A stretch of DNA of 64,000 nt, taken from positions 74,894 through 138,893 of the forward strand of contig JAUSKB010000026.1 in the NCBI GenBank assembly GCA_030647415.1, in the 5' to 3' direction. The position numbers and the translations under genes are program-made. This stretch comes from a bacterium. Its GTDB lineage: Bacteria > Patescibacteriota > Minisyncoccia > UBA6257 > GWB1-50-10. The notes beneath the pieces are model-generated. The model was given only the letters and a program-made list of their open reading frames with translations. It was not told the DNA's origin and did no database searches. Shown piece by piece: positions 37,019 to 45,898 of the stretch (position 1 is its first letter; each line of letters opens with the position of its first letter).

Positions 37019-37735
37019 GTTTGCGCGCCACACGAACTTTTGAAATCGCAGTTTCCACGGCACGATAAGTCCCTCATAAATAATGCGGTTTGAGAGCTTA
37101 GACACACCGTGTGTCCGCCCGGCAAATGTGATGGGAATTTCTGTAATGCGTGCGCCAAGAATATGTGCGCCAATTTTCATTTCCATAAGAAATGCGAATC
37201 CGGTGGATGAGATGGCGTCAAAATCGTACCGCCGCAATAGTTCACCGCGGAAACAGTGGAAGCCGGTGGTCATGTCTCGTACCGGAACCCTAATCACGGT
37301 ACGCGCATACCTGTTTCCCCAACGGCTGAGCATCCGGCGCCAAAAATTCCATGCCACGACACTGCCCCCCACCACATACCGCGAACCAATCACAATATCG
37401 TGTGATTCAAGCGCACGGAGCATGACTGCTATCGTCTTCGGGTCATGCGAAAAATCAGCATCCATCGTGACCACTGCCCACACATCGTTTGTGCGTAAGA
37501 CATCGCGCATTGCTTCAATGTAGGCGCTCCCCAAACCAAACTTTCCGGAGCGCACACGGAGCGCAAGGCGTGGATAGGAGCGCATGAGTTCACGCACGGC
37601 AGATGCCGTACCATCAGGCGAGTTATCATCAATAACGAGTATATAAATTGATGGGTAGAGATTGAAGAGAATAGGTACGAGGCGCACAATGTTTTCTCGT
37701 TCGTTGTAGGTCGGAATAATAATAACGTCTCTCAT
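36995..37735 (-). CDS. polyprenol/dolichol-phosphate mannosyltransferase (GT2, Dpm1-like)
   Basis: 246 aa; IIIPTYNERENI and VIDDNSPDGT motifs. Confidence 0.85.
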   Translation of the reverse strand: MRDVIIIPTYNERENIVRLVPILFNLYPSIYILVIDDNSPDGTASAVRELMRSYPRLALRVRSGKFGLGSAYIEAMRDVLRTNDVWAVVTMDADFSHDPKTIAVMLRALESHDIVIGSRYVVGGSVVAWNFWRRMLSRWGNRYARTVIRVPVRDMTTGFHCFRGELLRRYDFDAISSTGFAFLMEMKIGAHILGARITEIPITFAGRTHGVSKLSNRIIYEGLIVPWKLRFQKFVWRANLRKRRRS

Positions 37736-37820
37736 AAAAATAATTGTCGGTGTTTCAATCTTTCTTTTTTTCTGATGTACGTGTGTGTCCTACGTCATTT
37801 AATCTCAAGTCCTACTGCTG

Positions 37821-37994
37821 CTACCGCGCATGGAACATCTCATGCACCTCGCGGAGCTCCTTGTTCGTCAGGTGTGTATACACCTGTATGGTCGTGAGGA
37901 ATCGTCCGCAGTTCTCCCGCGTCATCGCCGAGCGGTTTTTCTCGATCTCTAGGTAGTCGAGGTGTTCCCTTACGAGCCGTTCCGTCTCGGTCAT
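37821..37994 (-). pseudogene. tyrosine recombinase (XerC/XerD-type integrase) remnant, 57 aa, internally deleted
   Basis: Hand translation gives MTETERLVREHLDYLEIEKNRSAMTRENCGRFLTTIQVYTHLTNKELREVHEMFHAR: N-terminal core-binding-like start fused to the C-terminal catalytic-Tyr motif TTIQVYTHL; shorter than 60 aa, so absent from the ORF track. Confidence 0.4.
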
Positions 37995-38006
37995 ACCACT
38001 ACTTTA

Positions 38007-38107
38007 CCCTGTAAGAGTTTTACATACACGCTTTCATTTTGAACATCTATTGCCCTGTAATACGAATGGAACACAGTGAATGGCGTGCTGGTAAAACCCT
38101 AACAAGG
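38007..38107. repeat. Family A palindromic element, degenerate copy A8
   Basis: CCCTGTAAGAGTTTTACATACAC ... GGTAAAACCCTAACAAGG; the left end lies 12 nt from the integrase-remnant start. Confidence 0.7.
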
Positions 38108-38197
38108 TGAGCTACAGTATTGCGCAACACGTCGTTTTCCAGTTTCTGAGCTATTTTTGACATTTTTGGGGTTCCTTGGTACCATGAAAACAATCGT

Positions 38198-38464
38198 ATG
38201 CTCTCAAAACGAAAGAAGCAGAATACTATCAAGGAATATGCTCGCCACGCGACCGACACCGGCTCCGCGGAGGTTCAGATCGCGCTCCTCACAAAGCAGA
38301 TTGCGGCGCTCGCAAACCACCTGAAAACACACCCGAAGGACCACCACTCCCGCCGCGGACTCCTCATGATGGTGGGGAACCGTCGGAAGTTCCTTCGGTA
38401 CCTCCAGACCGAGAACGAGACCCGGTATAAAAAACTGGTGAAGAAATTTGAGATTGAGGCCTAA
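38198..38464 (+). CDS. rpsO: 30S ribosomal protein S15
   Basis: 88 aa with the canonical S15 sequence; followed by pnp. Confidence 0.92.
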   Translation: MLSKRKKQNTIKEYARHATDTGSAEVQIALLTKQIAALANHLKTHPKDHHSRRGLLMMVGNRRKFLRYLQTENETRYKKLVKKFEIEA

Positions 38465-38486
38465 ACGAGCCGGGAGCTGGACACCC

Positions 38487-39194
38487 ATGAATACTTCGCA
38501 GCGGGTCGGTATCTTCATTGACGCGCAAAACCTGTATCACTCCGCAAAGCACCTGCACAACGCGCGGGTGAATTTCGCGGAGTTGGTGTCGGTCGCCGCG
38601 AACGGCCGGACGGTGTTCCGTGCGCTCGCCTATGTGGTGAAAAGTGAGGGGATTGCCACAACCGACGCGGGTTCGACCAACTCACCGCAGGTCGAGCCGG
38701 TGGGGGAGCGATTGTTCTTCGATGCCCTCCGGAACGCCGGTATCGAGCTCCGGTTGAAGGACCTACAGGTCTTTGCGGGCGGCGCGAAGAAGGCGGACTG
38801 GGACGTGGGGCTCGCCGTTGATGCCATCCGTACCGCAGGCGCCTACGACGTGGCAGTACTCGCAACCGGCGACGGCGATTTCGTCCCGCTCATCGAGTAC
38901 CTCCGGTGGGGGCTCGGAAAACAGGTGGAGGTCATCTCATTCGGCAAGGCGACCTCGGGAAAGTTGAAGGAGGCCGCGGACCGCTTCACAGATCTTGATG
39001 ACGTCCGACGGGTCCTTATGCAGCCCGGCTCGCGCGGCGCGCCCCGGCGGCGAGTGCCGCCGGTCGCGCGGAACGCCGTTCGACCTCGAAGAGAACACCG
39101 AGGCGCCCCGCTTCGCCAAAGCTCCAGCCCAGCCTCGACTCGACGTCTCGGCGAGGCGGGCGAGGCGAGACCCGGCGGCAGCCGGCAGCGGTAG
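38487..39194 (+). CDS. NYN-domain (LabA/YacP-like) predicted RNase
   Basis: VGIFIDAQNLY...GDGDF motifs; inserted between rpsO and pnp; Arg-rich low-complexity C-tail. Confidence 0.6.
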   Translation: MNTSQRVGIFIDAQNLYHSAKHLHNARVNFAELVSVAANGRTVFRALAYVVKSEGIATTDAGSTNSPQVEPVGERLFFDALRNAGIELRLKDLQVFAGGAKKADWDVGLAVDAIRTAGAYDVAVLATGDGDFVPLIEYLRWGLGKQVEVISFGKATSGKLKEAADRFTDLDDVRRVLMQPGSRGAPRRRVPPVARNAVRPRREHRGAPLRQSSSPASTRRLGEAGEARPGGSRQR

Positions 39195-39206
39195 CAATCG
39201 AAAAAC

Positions 39207-41282
39207 ATGGAACAACATATTCAGACACTGCATCGAAAAAAGTTTGCGACCACTCTCTCGGGCGACGAGCTCACACTCGAGGTGTCCGAGCTCGCGAAAC
39301 AGGCGAACGGGGCGGTCATCGCGACGCACGGCGAAACCGTCGTACTCGCGACGGCGACACTGGGCCCCTCGAACCGCGTGACGGACTACTTCCCGCTCAC
39401 CGTGGACTACGAGGAGCGCTTCTACGCGACCGGGAAGATACTCGGTAGCCGGTTCGTCCGGCGCGAGGGGCGCCCCTCGGAGGAGGGAACGCTCTCGGCA
39501 CGCCTCATCGACCGGACCATCCGCCCGCTCTTCGACCAACGGCTGCGGTCCGAGGTGCATGTAGTTGCAACCATCCTCGCGTACGACGGGACGCACGATC
39601 CAGACCCGGTCGCGCTTATCGCCGCCTCAGCGGCGCTCGCCATCTCGGATATCCCGTGGGGCGGTCCGGTCGCAGGCATCAGGACCGAGCGTCGCGGCGC
39701 AAACGGGGAGGTTGAATTCATCTCGTTCTTCGCCGGCACCTCGGACCGCGTCAATATGATTGAGTTCGAAGGAAACGAACGACTCGAGGCCGAGGCGCTC
39801 GAGCTATTTCAAGCCGCGCAGACGGAAATTAGGCGGCTCACCTCGTTCCAGCGCGAGATGGTGGCGGCGGTCGGGAAGCCGAAAACAAGCCCCACGCGTG
39901 CCGAGCCAAACCCCGAATTCGCGGCGAAGGTCCGCACGCTCATCACCACGCGATTGAATGAGGCTTATACAAAGCAGTCGAATGAGGCGTTGCATGATGC
40001 TTCCGGGCAAATCCGGATGAAACTCGTCGAGGAGGGCGAGTCTGCGGAAAACCTTGCCGAGCTTCCCGAGATCATCGAAGCGGAGACCGATGCCTACGTG
40101 CATCGCCGCGCAGTCACCGATGGCGTTCGGATGGACGGCCGCGCATTCGACGAAATCCGACCGCTCGGGGCGGAAGTGGGGCTCCTCGCCCGCACGCACG
40201 GCAGCGGCCTCTTCATGCGGGGCGATACACAGGTCCTCGCAGTCGTGACGCTCGCCTCACCGGAAGGCGAGCAGCTCGTGGAGTCTATGGAGGGGAAGAC
40301 GAAACGGCGCTTTATGCTCCACTACAACTTCCCGAGCTTTGCGACCGGCGAACCCGGCCGTTCCCGGAGCCCGGGCAGGCGGGAAATCGGACATGGCGCC
40401 TTGGCGCATAAGGCCCTGAAGTGGGTACTGCCTCCGAAGGAGACGTTCCCCTACACCATCCGCATCGTCTGCGAGACGCTCTCATCGAACGGCTCCTCAT
40501 CGATGGCATCAACCTGCGCGGGCTGCCTCGCGCTCATGGATGCCGGGGTTCCCATTCGGAAACCGGTCGCCGGCATCGCGATGGGTCTCATGACCCACGG
40601 CGACGACTACCGCGTCTTGACCGACATCCAGGGCCTCGAAGACCATTTCGGCGGTATGGACTTTAAGGTCGCCGGCACCATGGACGGTGTAACCGCCATC
40701 CAACTCGACATGAAAGTGGACGGACTCACGGAGCCGATGTTTGAGGAGGCGCTCGCAAAGGCTCATGACGCGCGACTCAAGATTCTCGAGGTCATGCGCG
40801 CCACGCTTCCCGCGCCGCGAGCGGCACTCTCGCCCTACGCGCCCACCATCCTCACGATGCCCATCGACCCCAGCCGCATCGGCGAGGTCATCGGTCCCGG
40901 CGGTAAGGTCATCAACGGCATCATCGCGGCCGCGGGTGGAAACATCACCATCGACATCGAGGATGAGGGGAAGGTGTACGTGGGCGGCACCGACCGCGCG
41001 ATGGTCGAGTGGGCATTTCAGGAAATCAAAAATATCCTTCGCGAATTCACGATCGGGGAGGTGGTGGAGGGCGACGTGGTGAAGATGCTCGACTTCGGCG
41101 CGATTATCGACCTCGGAGCCGGTCGAGACGGGATGCTCCATGTATCCGAGCTGCGCGAGGGATTCGTGAAACAGGTAACCGATGTCGTGAATATGGGCGA
41201 CCACGTGCGTGTGAAAATCATCCGCGCGGACCCGGACGGCCGCATCGGGCTCTCGTTGAAGCAGATGGGGAAGGGGGAGTAG
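39207..41282 (+). CDS. pnp: polynucleotide phosphorylase
   Basis: 691 aa; two RNase PH domains, KH and S1 domains. Confidence 0.95.
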   Translation: MEQHIQTLHRKKFATTLSGDELTLEVSELAKQANGAVIATHGETVVLATATLGPSNRVTDYFPLTVDYEERFYATGKILGSRFVRREGRPSEEGTLSARLIDRTIRPLFDQRLRSEVHVVATILAYDGTHDPDPVALIAASAALAISDIPWGGPVAGIRTERRGANGEVEFISFFAGTSDRVNMIEFEGNERLEAEALELFQAAQTEIRRLTSFQREMVAAVGKPKTSPTRAEPNPEFAAKVRTLITTRLNEAYTKQSNEALHDASGQIRMKLVEEGESAENLAELPEIIEAETDAYVHRRAVTDGVRMDGRAFDEIRPLGAEVGLLARTHGSGLFMRGDTQVLAVVTLASPEGEQLVESMEGKTKRRFMLHYNFPSFATGEPGRSRSPGRREIGHGALAHKALKWVLPPKETFPYTIRIVCETLSSNGSSSMASTCAGCLALMDAGVPIRKPVAGIAMGLMTHGDDYRVLTDIQGLEDHFGGMDFKVAGTMDGVTAIQLDMKVDGLTEPMFEEALAKAHDARLKILEVMRATLPAPRAALSPYAPTILTMPIDPSRIGEVIGPGGKVINGIIAAAGGNITIDIEDEGKVYVGGTDRAMVEWAFQEIKNILREFTIGEVVEGDVVKMLDFGAIIDLGAGRDGMLHVSELREGFVKQVTDVVNMGDHVRVKIIRADPDGRIGLSLKQMGKGE

Positions 41283-41295
41283 GCAATGGTGTATA

Positions 41296-41506
41296 CCCTG
41301 TTAGAGTTTTACAAATACACCTGTACAAGCTGAATTATTTGTCACCTCATACCAAGCTGTGCACAACCCAACGGCGTGCCCCGTGAGAGATTTACGCGCA
41401 AACTACTTGCTGGGAAATGGTTTTGTTATAATCAGTAAGTGAAATTCGATACTAGGAAATGGTCTGTAAATCTCTAACGGGGCGTGCAAGTAAAACTCTA
41501 ACAGGG
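41296..41506. repeat. Family A palindromic element, copy A9 (outer, 211 bp), carrying a nested copy
   Basis: Left CCCTGTTAGAGTTTTACAAATACAC at 41296; right GCAAGTAAAACTCTAACAGGGT at 41487-41506. Confidence 0.75.
41389..41482. repeat. Family A variant copy A10, nested inside A9
   Basis: CCCCGTGAGAGATTTACG ... TGTAAATCTCTAACGGGG. Confidence 0.7.
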
Positions 41507-41519
41507 TAAACTTAAGTAT

Positions 41520-42797
41520 ATGAATGAACCGTCGAATCCCCAACCGACATCCTGGTCGCCACAGCCACCGCGTCCGTCCGTAGCCGTAGGCGGGGGGGGG
41601 CCTCGTCCGCCCCAACCGACCTTCGGCGGGACAAACTCCACCCTCGGCACGGGGGAGGGGGAGGTGCCGCTCGCGAAACCGCCCGCCTCGTCGGTGAGTG
41701 TCCGAACTATGGCGTCGGACCTCGCCTCGTTGCAGTCAACCGGCGGGACACAGCCGCGACCCTACGCGCCCTCGCCGGCTGGTGGAGCCGGAGCGACTCC
41801 ACGGCCCATGTCCCCGCCGAACGTGCCGCCCGCGTCGCCCATGCCTCCAAGCGCGCCCCGTCCATTCAATGCGCCTTCCACAGCGCCGCAACCGCCGGTA
41901 CCACCGCCCACTGGACGGCCGGGCGTCCCGAATATGCCCCAGACCCCACAACGCGGACCGGCGCCTGCAAAGAGCTCTAAGGGATTCCTCGTCGGTACCA
42001 TTATTGTTGTCGCCGTCATCGGGCTCGGCGCGCTCGGCTACTTCGTCGTCTACCCCCTCATCGCGGAACCTGCTGTTTCCGAGCCGCCACCACCCGCGCC
42101 CCCGGAACCGGCCCCCGTGCCAGAGCCGCCGGCACTGATTATCACCGAACCAACATCAACGCCGGCCACACCAACATCAACGCCCTCCGATGCACTCCCT
42201 ACCCCGTTGCACACATCACTCTTCAGAGCGCCGGCTGACCTAACCGAGGAGCTCATACTCGTATCTTCGGACCTAACGAGCTTCCGCTCCCAGATTCCGT
42301 TTGATACCGCAGAGGTTTCCATTCTTCGAGAAATCAATGTCGCCCTGCCAAGCGCGCCTTCACAGCCGCTGCTCGGAACCGGTGGGGTGAACACAGATCC
42401 AATCACCCTCGAGCAACTTCTGCCGTTCGTCGCGCCTGGACTCTTCGACCGCGACACAATGCGCGCCTTCGGGAACGACGTAACGGTGTTCACCTATACC
42501 GACTCGAAGGGGACCTGGCCCGGATTCGCCGTCCGCGCAACAAATAATGTCCCGCTTGCCGCGGTGCAGATGAAGGTAAACCAGACCCTTGAACAGGCAG
42601 TTGCCTTGAAACAGTTCTTCCTTACCAACCCAGGAACGGCGGGGGCATGGAAGTCGGGTTCCACCGGGAACGTCCAGAACCGGTACCAGACCTTTTCACT
42701 TCCTGGTGCGGCGTTGAACTACGCCTGGACCGACCGGACGCTCGTCGTCGCCACCTCGTACGACACTTTCCAGACTGCGCTCGGACGGATAAAATAG
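41520..42797 (+). CDS. Pro-rich single-pass membrane protein, hypothetical
   Basis: 425 aa; N-terminal P/S/A-rich region (contains a G9 run), one TM helix, C-terminal globular domain. Confidence 0.55.
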   Translation: MNEPSNPQPTSWSPQPPRPSVAVGGGGPRPPQPTFGGTNSTLGTGEGEVPLAKPPASSVSVRTMASDLASLQSTGGTQPRPYAPSPAGGAGATPRPMSPPNVPPASPMPPSAPRPFNAPSTAPQPPVPPPTGRPGVPNMPQTPQRGPAPAKSSKGFLVGTIIVVAVIGLGALGYFVVYPLIAEPAVSEPPPPAPPEPAPVPEPPALIITEPTSTPATPTSTPSDALPTPLHTSLFRAPADLTEELILVSSDLTSFRSQIPFDTAEVSILREINVALPSAPSQPLLGTGGVNTDPITLEQLLPFVAPGLFDRDTMRAFGNDVTVFTYTDSKGTWPGFAVRATNNVPLAAVQMKVNQTLEQAVALKQFFLTNPGTAGAWKSGSTGNVQNRYQTFSLPGAALNYAWTDRTLVVATSYDTFQTALGRIK

Positions 42798-42900
42798 TGT
42801 TTGGAGAGGTGAAACCTTACATGAATCTCAAGGTCTCGCCTCGGGCGATTGACACACTCGACGCGAGTGATACAGTTTGTGCATGGTAATACCATCATCC

Positions 42901-43251
42901 ATGCTCTCTGCCGACCAACTTGAGGGATTCCGCGCGAAGCTCACCGCGGCACGCGCAACCATCGCAGACCAACTTACTCATGTCGTTGACGACGTGAGCT
43001 TCGGGCGAGACACCGAAGACACGGAGGAGGAAACTGATGAGGTGGAGGAAATCTCCAACCGGTTGGGGATGAAAGTAGCGCTCCAGGACCAACTCTCACG
43101 AGTTTCCGCGGCACTCGATAAAATCGGTGCCGGAACCTACGGTGCCTGCGAGCGTTGCGTGAGCCCTATCGATATCGAGGTCCTCGACGTCGACCCTGAA
43201 TCAACGCTCTGCCGGAACTGCAAACGCGGCACCCGAGACGCATCAAAGTAG
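42901..43251 (+). CDS. DksA/TraR-family C4 zinc-finger protein
   Basis: CERC...CRNC C4 motif preceded by an acidic coiled-coil region. Confidence 0.7.
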   Translation: MLSADQLEGFRAKLTAARATIADQLTHVVDDVSFGRDTEDTEEETDEVEEISNRLGMKVALQDQLSRVSAALDKIGAGTYGACERCVSPIDIEVLDVDPESTLCRNCKRGTRDASK

Positions 43252-43318
43252 ACAGTAGCTGAATGCATCCCAGCTCCCGACAGCGTGGGTACGGCACCGG
43301 GGTCGGGCACACTCACAT

Positions 43319-44860
43319 ATGCGACCCGTGGCACAGCTCTTCTCCGCAGACCTGGAGGGCATCACCGCCCACCTCGTCACCGTTGAAGCCGACCTAAACG
43401 TCGGCCTACATTCGTTCACTATCGTCGGACTCGCCGATAAGGCGGTGTCTGAGGCAAAAGAACGCGTGAACTCCGCCTTGAAAAACAGCGGTATCAGGCC
43501 GCCGACCCGCGAGAACCGACGGATTACCGTGAATCTCGCGCCCGCAGATGTCCGAAAGAGCGGCTCGCGGTTCGATCTCGCCATCGCGCTCGCCTACCTC
43601 CTCGCAAGCGAACAGCTTAAACCGTTCGACACCGCGGCGTACCTCTTTGCGGGGGAGCTCGCGCTCGACGGCTCGCTTCGTCCTGTTCCGGGGGTACTTG
43701 CGCTCGCGCTCCTCGCCGAGGCACGCGGCATACCGAATGTCGTGGTCCCCGGCGACAATGCCGCCGAGGCGGCAGTGGTTCGAGCGGTCCGGGTAATACC
43801 AGTGTCCACACTCGAGGCGCTCATACGGCACCTTGAGGGGTCACGACCGATCGAGCCGGCTCCGCCGACCGAGGTCGCCGCATCGTTTCCCCGATCGTGC
43901 GCGACGCTCGACCAGATCCACGGGCTCCATGCCGCGAAACGGGCGCTCATTGTGGCGGCGGCGGGCGCGCATAACGTCCTTCTCTCGGGACCGCCGGGCA
44001 CGGGAAAGACCATGCTCGCGCAGGCATTTGCCTCGCTTTTGCCACCACCAACCCTTCCCGAAACGCTCGAGATCACGCAAATCTGGAGCGCAGCCGGACT
44101 CACCAATCGGGAACCGCTCATTGCCGCGCGGCCATTCCGGTCGCCCCACCACTCGACGTCATCCGTCGCCGTTCTGGGCGGCGGTACCATTCCCCGACCA
44201 GGAGAGATCTCACTCGCGCACCGCGGCGTGCTGTTCCTGGACGAGCTCCCCGAATTCCATCGGGACGTACTGGAGGGCCTGCGACAACCGCTTGAAGACG
44301 GTTTAATAACCGTCGCGCGCGCAAAACAATCACTCGTGTTTCCCGCCCGGTTCACGCTCATCGCCGCGATGAACCCGTGTCCCTGCGGATACTTCGAGGA
44401 CCCCGACCGGGAGTGCCGCTGCACCGCGCATGAGGTGCTCCGGTACCAGCGCAAGATCTCGGGACCCCTCCTGGACCGTATTGATATGCACCTCGACGTT
44501 CCACGGACGCCGATCGAGGAGCTTCGTGCCCATGAGCACACGGGCAGCACGGAGACCGACCGCGCTCGCGCGGTGATCGCGACCGCGCGGAACCGACAGC
44601 TGGAACGGTTCCGTGGGCTTCCCGAACCGGTGTTCGCAAACAGCGAGCTCCGCTCGCACCTCGTCGACACACTCATCGAGCTCACCCCTGCCGCCGAAAC
44701 GCTCGTGAAACAGACCCTCGAGCACGCGTTCCTGTCGCCGCGCGGCTACTACCGGACCCTGAAGGTCGCCCAGACGATTGCGGACCTCGACGGGGCCCCG
44801 AACGTGGACGCGCCCCACCTCGCCGAGGCGTTCCAGTACCGGGTCCGTATCGGGTCATAG
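43319..44860 (+). CDS. comM: Mg-chelatase-like AAA+ ATPase YifB/ComM
   Basis: 513 aa; N-terminal Lon-protease-like domain, Walker A GPPGTGKT, Cys cluster. Confidence 0.9.
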   Translation: MRPVAQLFSADLEGITAHLVTVEADLNVGLHSFTIVGLADKAVSEAKERVNSALKNSGIRPPTRENRRITVNLAPADVRKSGSRFDLAIALAYLLASEQLKPFDTAAYLFAGELALDGSLRPVPGVLALALLAEARGIPNVVVPGDNAAEAAVVRAVRVIPVSTLEALIRHLEGSRPIEPAPPTEVAASFPRSCATLDQIHGLHAAKRALIVAAAGAHNVLLSGPPGTGKTMLAQAFASLLPPPTLPETLEITQIWSAAGLTNREPLIAARPFRSPHHSTSSVAVLGGGTIPRPGEISLAHRGVLFLDELPEFHRDVLEGLRQPLEDGLITVARAKQSLVFPARFTLIAAMNPCPCGYFEDPDRECRCTAHEVLRYQRKISGPLLDRIDMHLDVPRTPIEELRAHEHTGSTETDRARAVIATARNRQLERFRGLPEPVFANSELRSHLVDTLIELTPAAETLVKQTLEHAFLSPRGYYRTLKVAQTIADLDGAPNVDAPHLAEAFQYRVRIGS

Positions 44861-44906
44861 GCATGCTGATAATTGGTAAAAAGTATTACCTATCTCTTGT
44901 CACCTC

Positions 44907-45623
44907 TTACTTTTTACCTTTTACTACCGCAATCGGCTTCGCGCCGGGGAGCATCAACAACCCGGAACCTTCCATGAGAATCTCCTGGTAGCGCGGATTG
45001 AATTGCCGAATCGTCTCGGGGTCGATGCCGTACCGCGCGGCGATAGTTGTGAGTGAATCGCCAGCTATGACCGCGTAGCGCACGCCGGAAACCGGCAGTA
45101 TGGTAAGTTCAGCGCCGGGACGGATCGTGCGCCCCACGGACAGGTTCGCCCACCGGATCGTCTCCGGCGTTATGCCGAACCGGGCGGCGAGCGCGGCGAG
45201 CGTGTCACCTCGCTGTACACGGTACCGGATGGTCCCGTCCGCTACGGGAATGGTTACGGTAAACGGCATCGCGGCTGCAGTAAGGTCGCTCTCCGTCACC
45301 GTCCCCAGGTCGGGGACAGCGCCTGCCTGTCCGGCCCGCCCAGATGACTCGGTCGGACGGGTAGGCAGCGCTGACAATCCCACCGCACCCGCCCGGATGA
45401 CTCGGTCGGACGGGTCATCGAACGGATTTATCTCGCCTGTCTGCGCAGGCGGGTTTGGAAGTGTTGTTATATCTGAAAATACACCCTCCCCGTCCGACCG
45501 AGTCATCCGGGCGGGCACGCCGTCGTTTTTGGACTCATCCACATAGCTGCTCACAATCTTGTCTGCGGAGACCCCAGAAGCGCCAATAAGGCCTGTAATT
45601 CCCAGGAGAATGAGCGACCACAT
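44907..45623 (-). CDS. LysM-domain protein (two LysM repeats); linker region carries three copies of the 28-bp dispersed repeat
   Basis: YRVQRGDTLAALAARFGI and YAVIAGDSLTTIAARYGI; N-terminal TM anchor. Confidence 0.8.
   Translation of the reverse strand: MWSLILLGITGLIGASGVSADKIVSSYVDESKNDGVPARMTRSDGEGVFSDITTLPNPPAQTGEINPFDDPSDRVIRAGAVGLSALPTRPTESSGRAGQAGAVPDLGTVTESDLTAAAMPFTVTIPVADGTIRYRVQRGDTLAALAARFGITPETIRWANLSVGRTIRPGAELTILPVSGVRYAVIAGDSLTTIAARYGIDPETIRQFNPRYQEILMEGSGLLMLPGAKPIAVVKGKK
45336..45363. repeat. 28-bp dispersed repeat GCCCGCCC(A/G)GATGACTCGGTCGGACGGG, copy 1 (inside the LysM gene)
   Basis: Further copies at 45389-45416 (same orientation), 45490-45518 (inverted), 47774-47801 and 54641-54672 (variant). 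Confidence 0.85.
45389..45416. repeat. 28-bp dispersed repeat, copy 2 (inside the LysM gene)
   Basis: Exact core match. Confidence 0.85.
45490..45518. repeat. 28-bp dispersed repeat, copy 3, inverted (inside the LysM gene)
   Basis: CCCCGTCCGACCGAGTCATCCGGGCGGGC. Confidence 0.85.
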
Positions 45624-45770
45624 GACCGCCGATCGGAGAAAACCATTCCCGAATGGCTTAAGGTTACGTAGAATCGTACTGATAAACTAATGGTATCATG
45701 AAAAAGGATAGAAGAGAAGAAAAGAGCAAGGAGAGAAGAAAAATGACAAAGGCGCAATTTGAATAGTGTG

Positions 45771-45895
45771 TACACAAATGTCTAACAGGGTACACCCTGT
45801 TAGAGTTTTGCACATACTCCGTTATATTCCATATGGATGTTTCAGAAAGACCAATTTCTTCTAGTAAAAAGATGATCTGCAAAACTCTAACAGGG
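45771..45895. repeat. Family A palindromic element, copy A11, plus an extra solo right-half immediately upstream
   Basis: CACAAATGTCTAACAGGGT-ACACCCTGTTAGAGTTTTGCACA ... TGCAAAACTCTAACAGGGTAA-ATG (ksgA start). Confidence 0.8.
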
Positions 45896-45898
45896 TAA

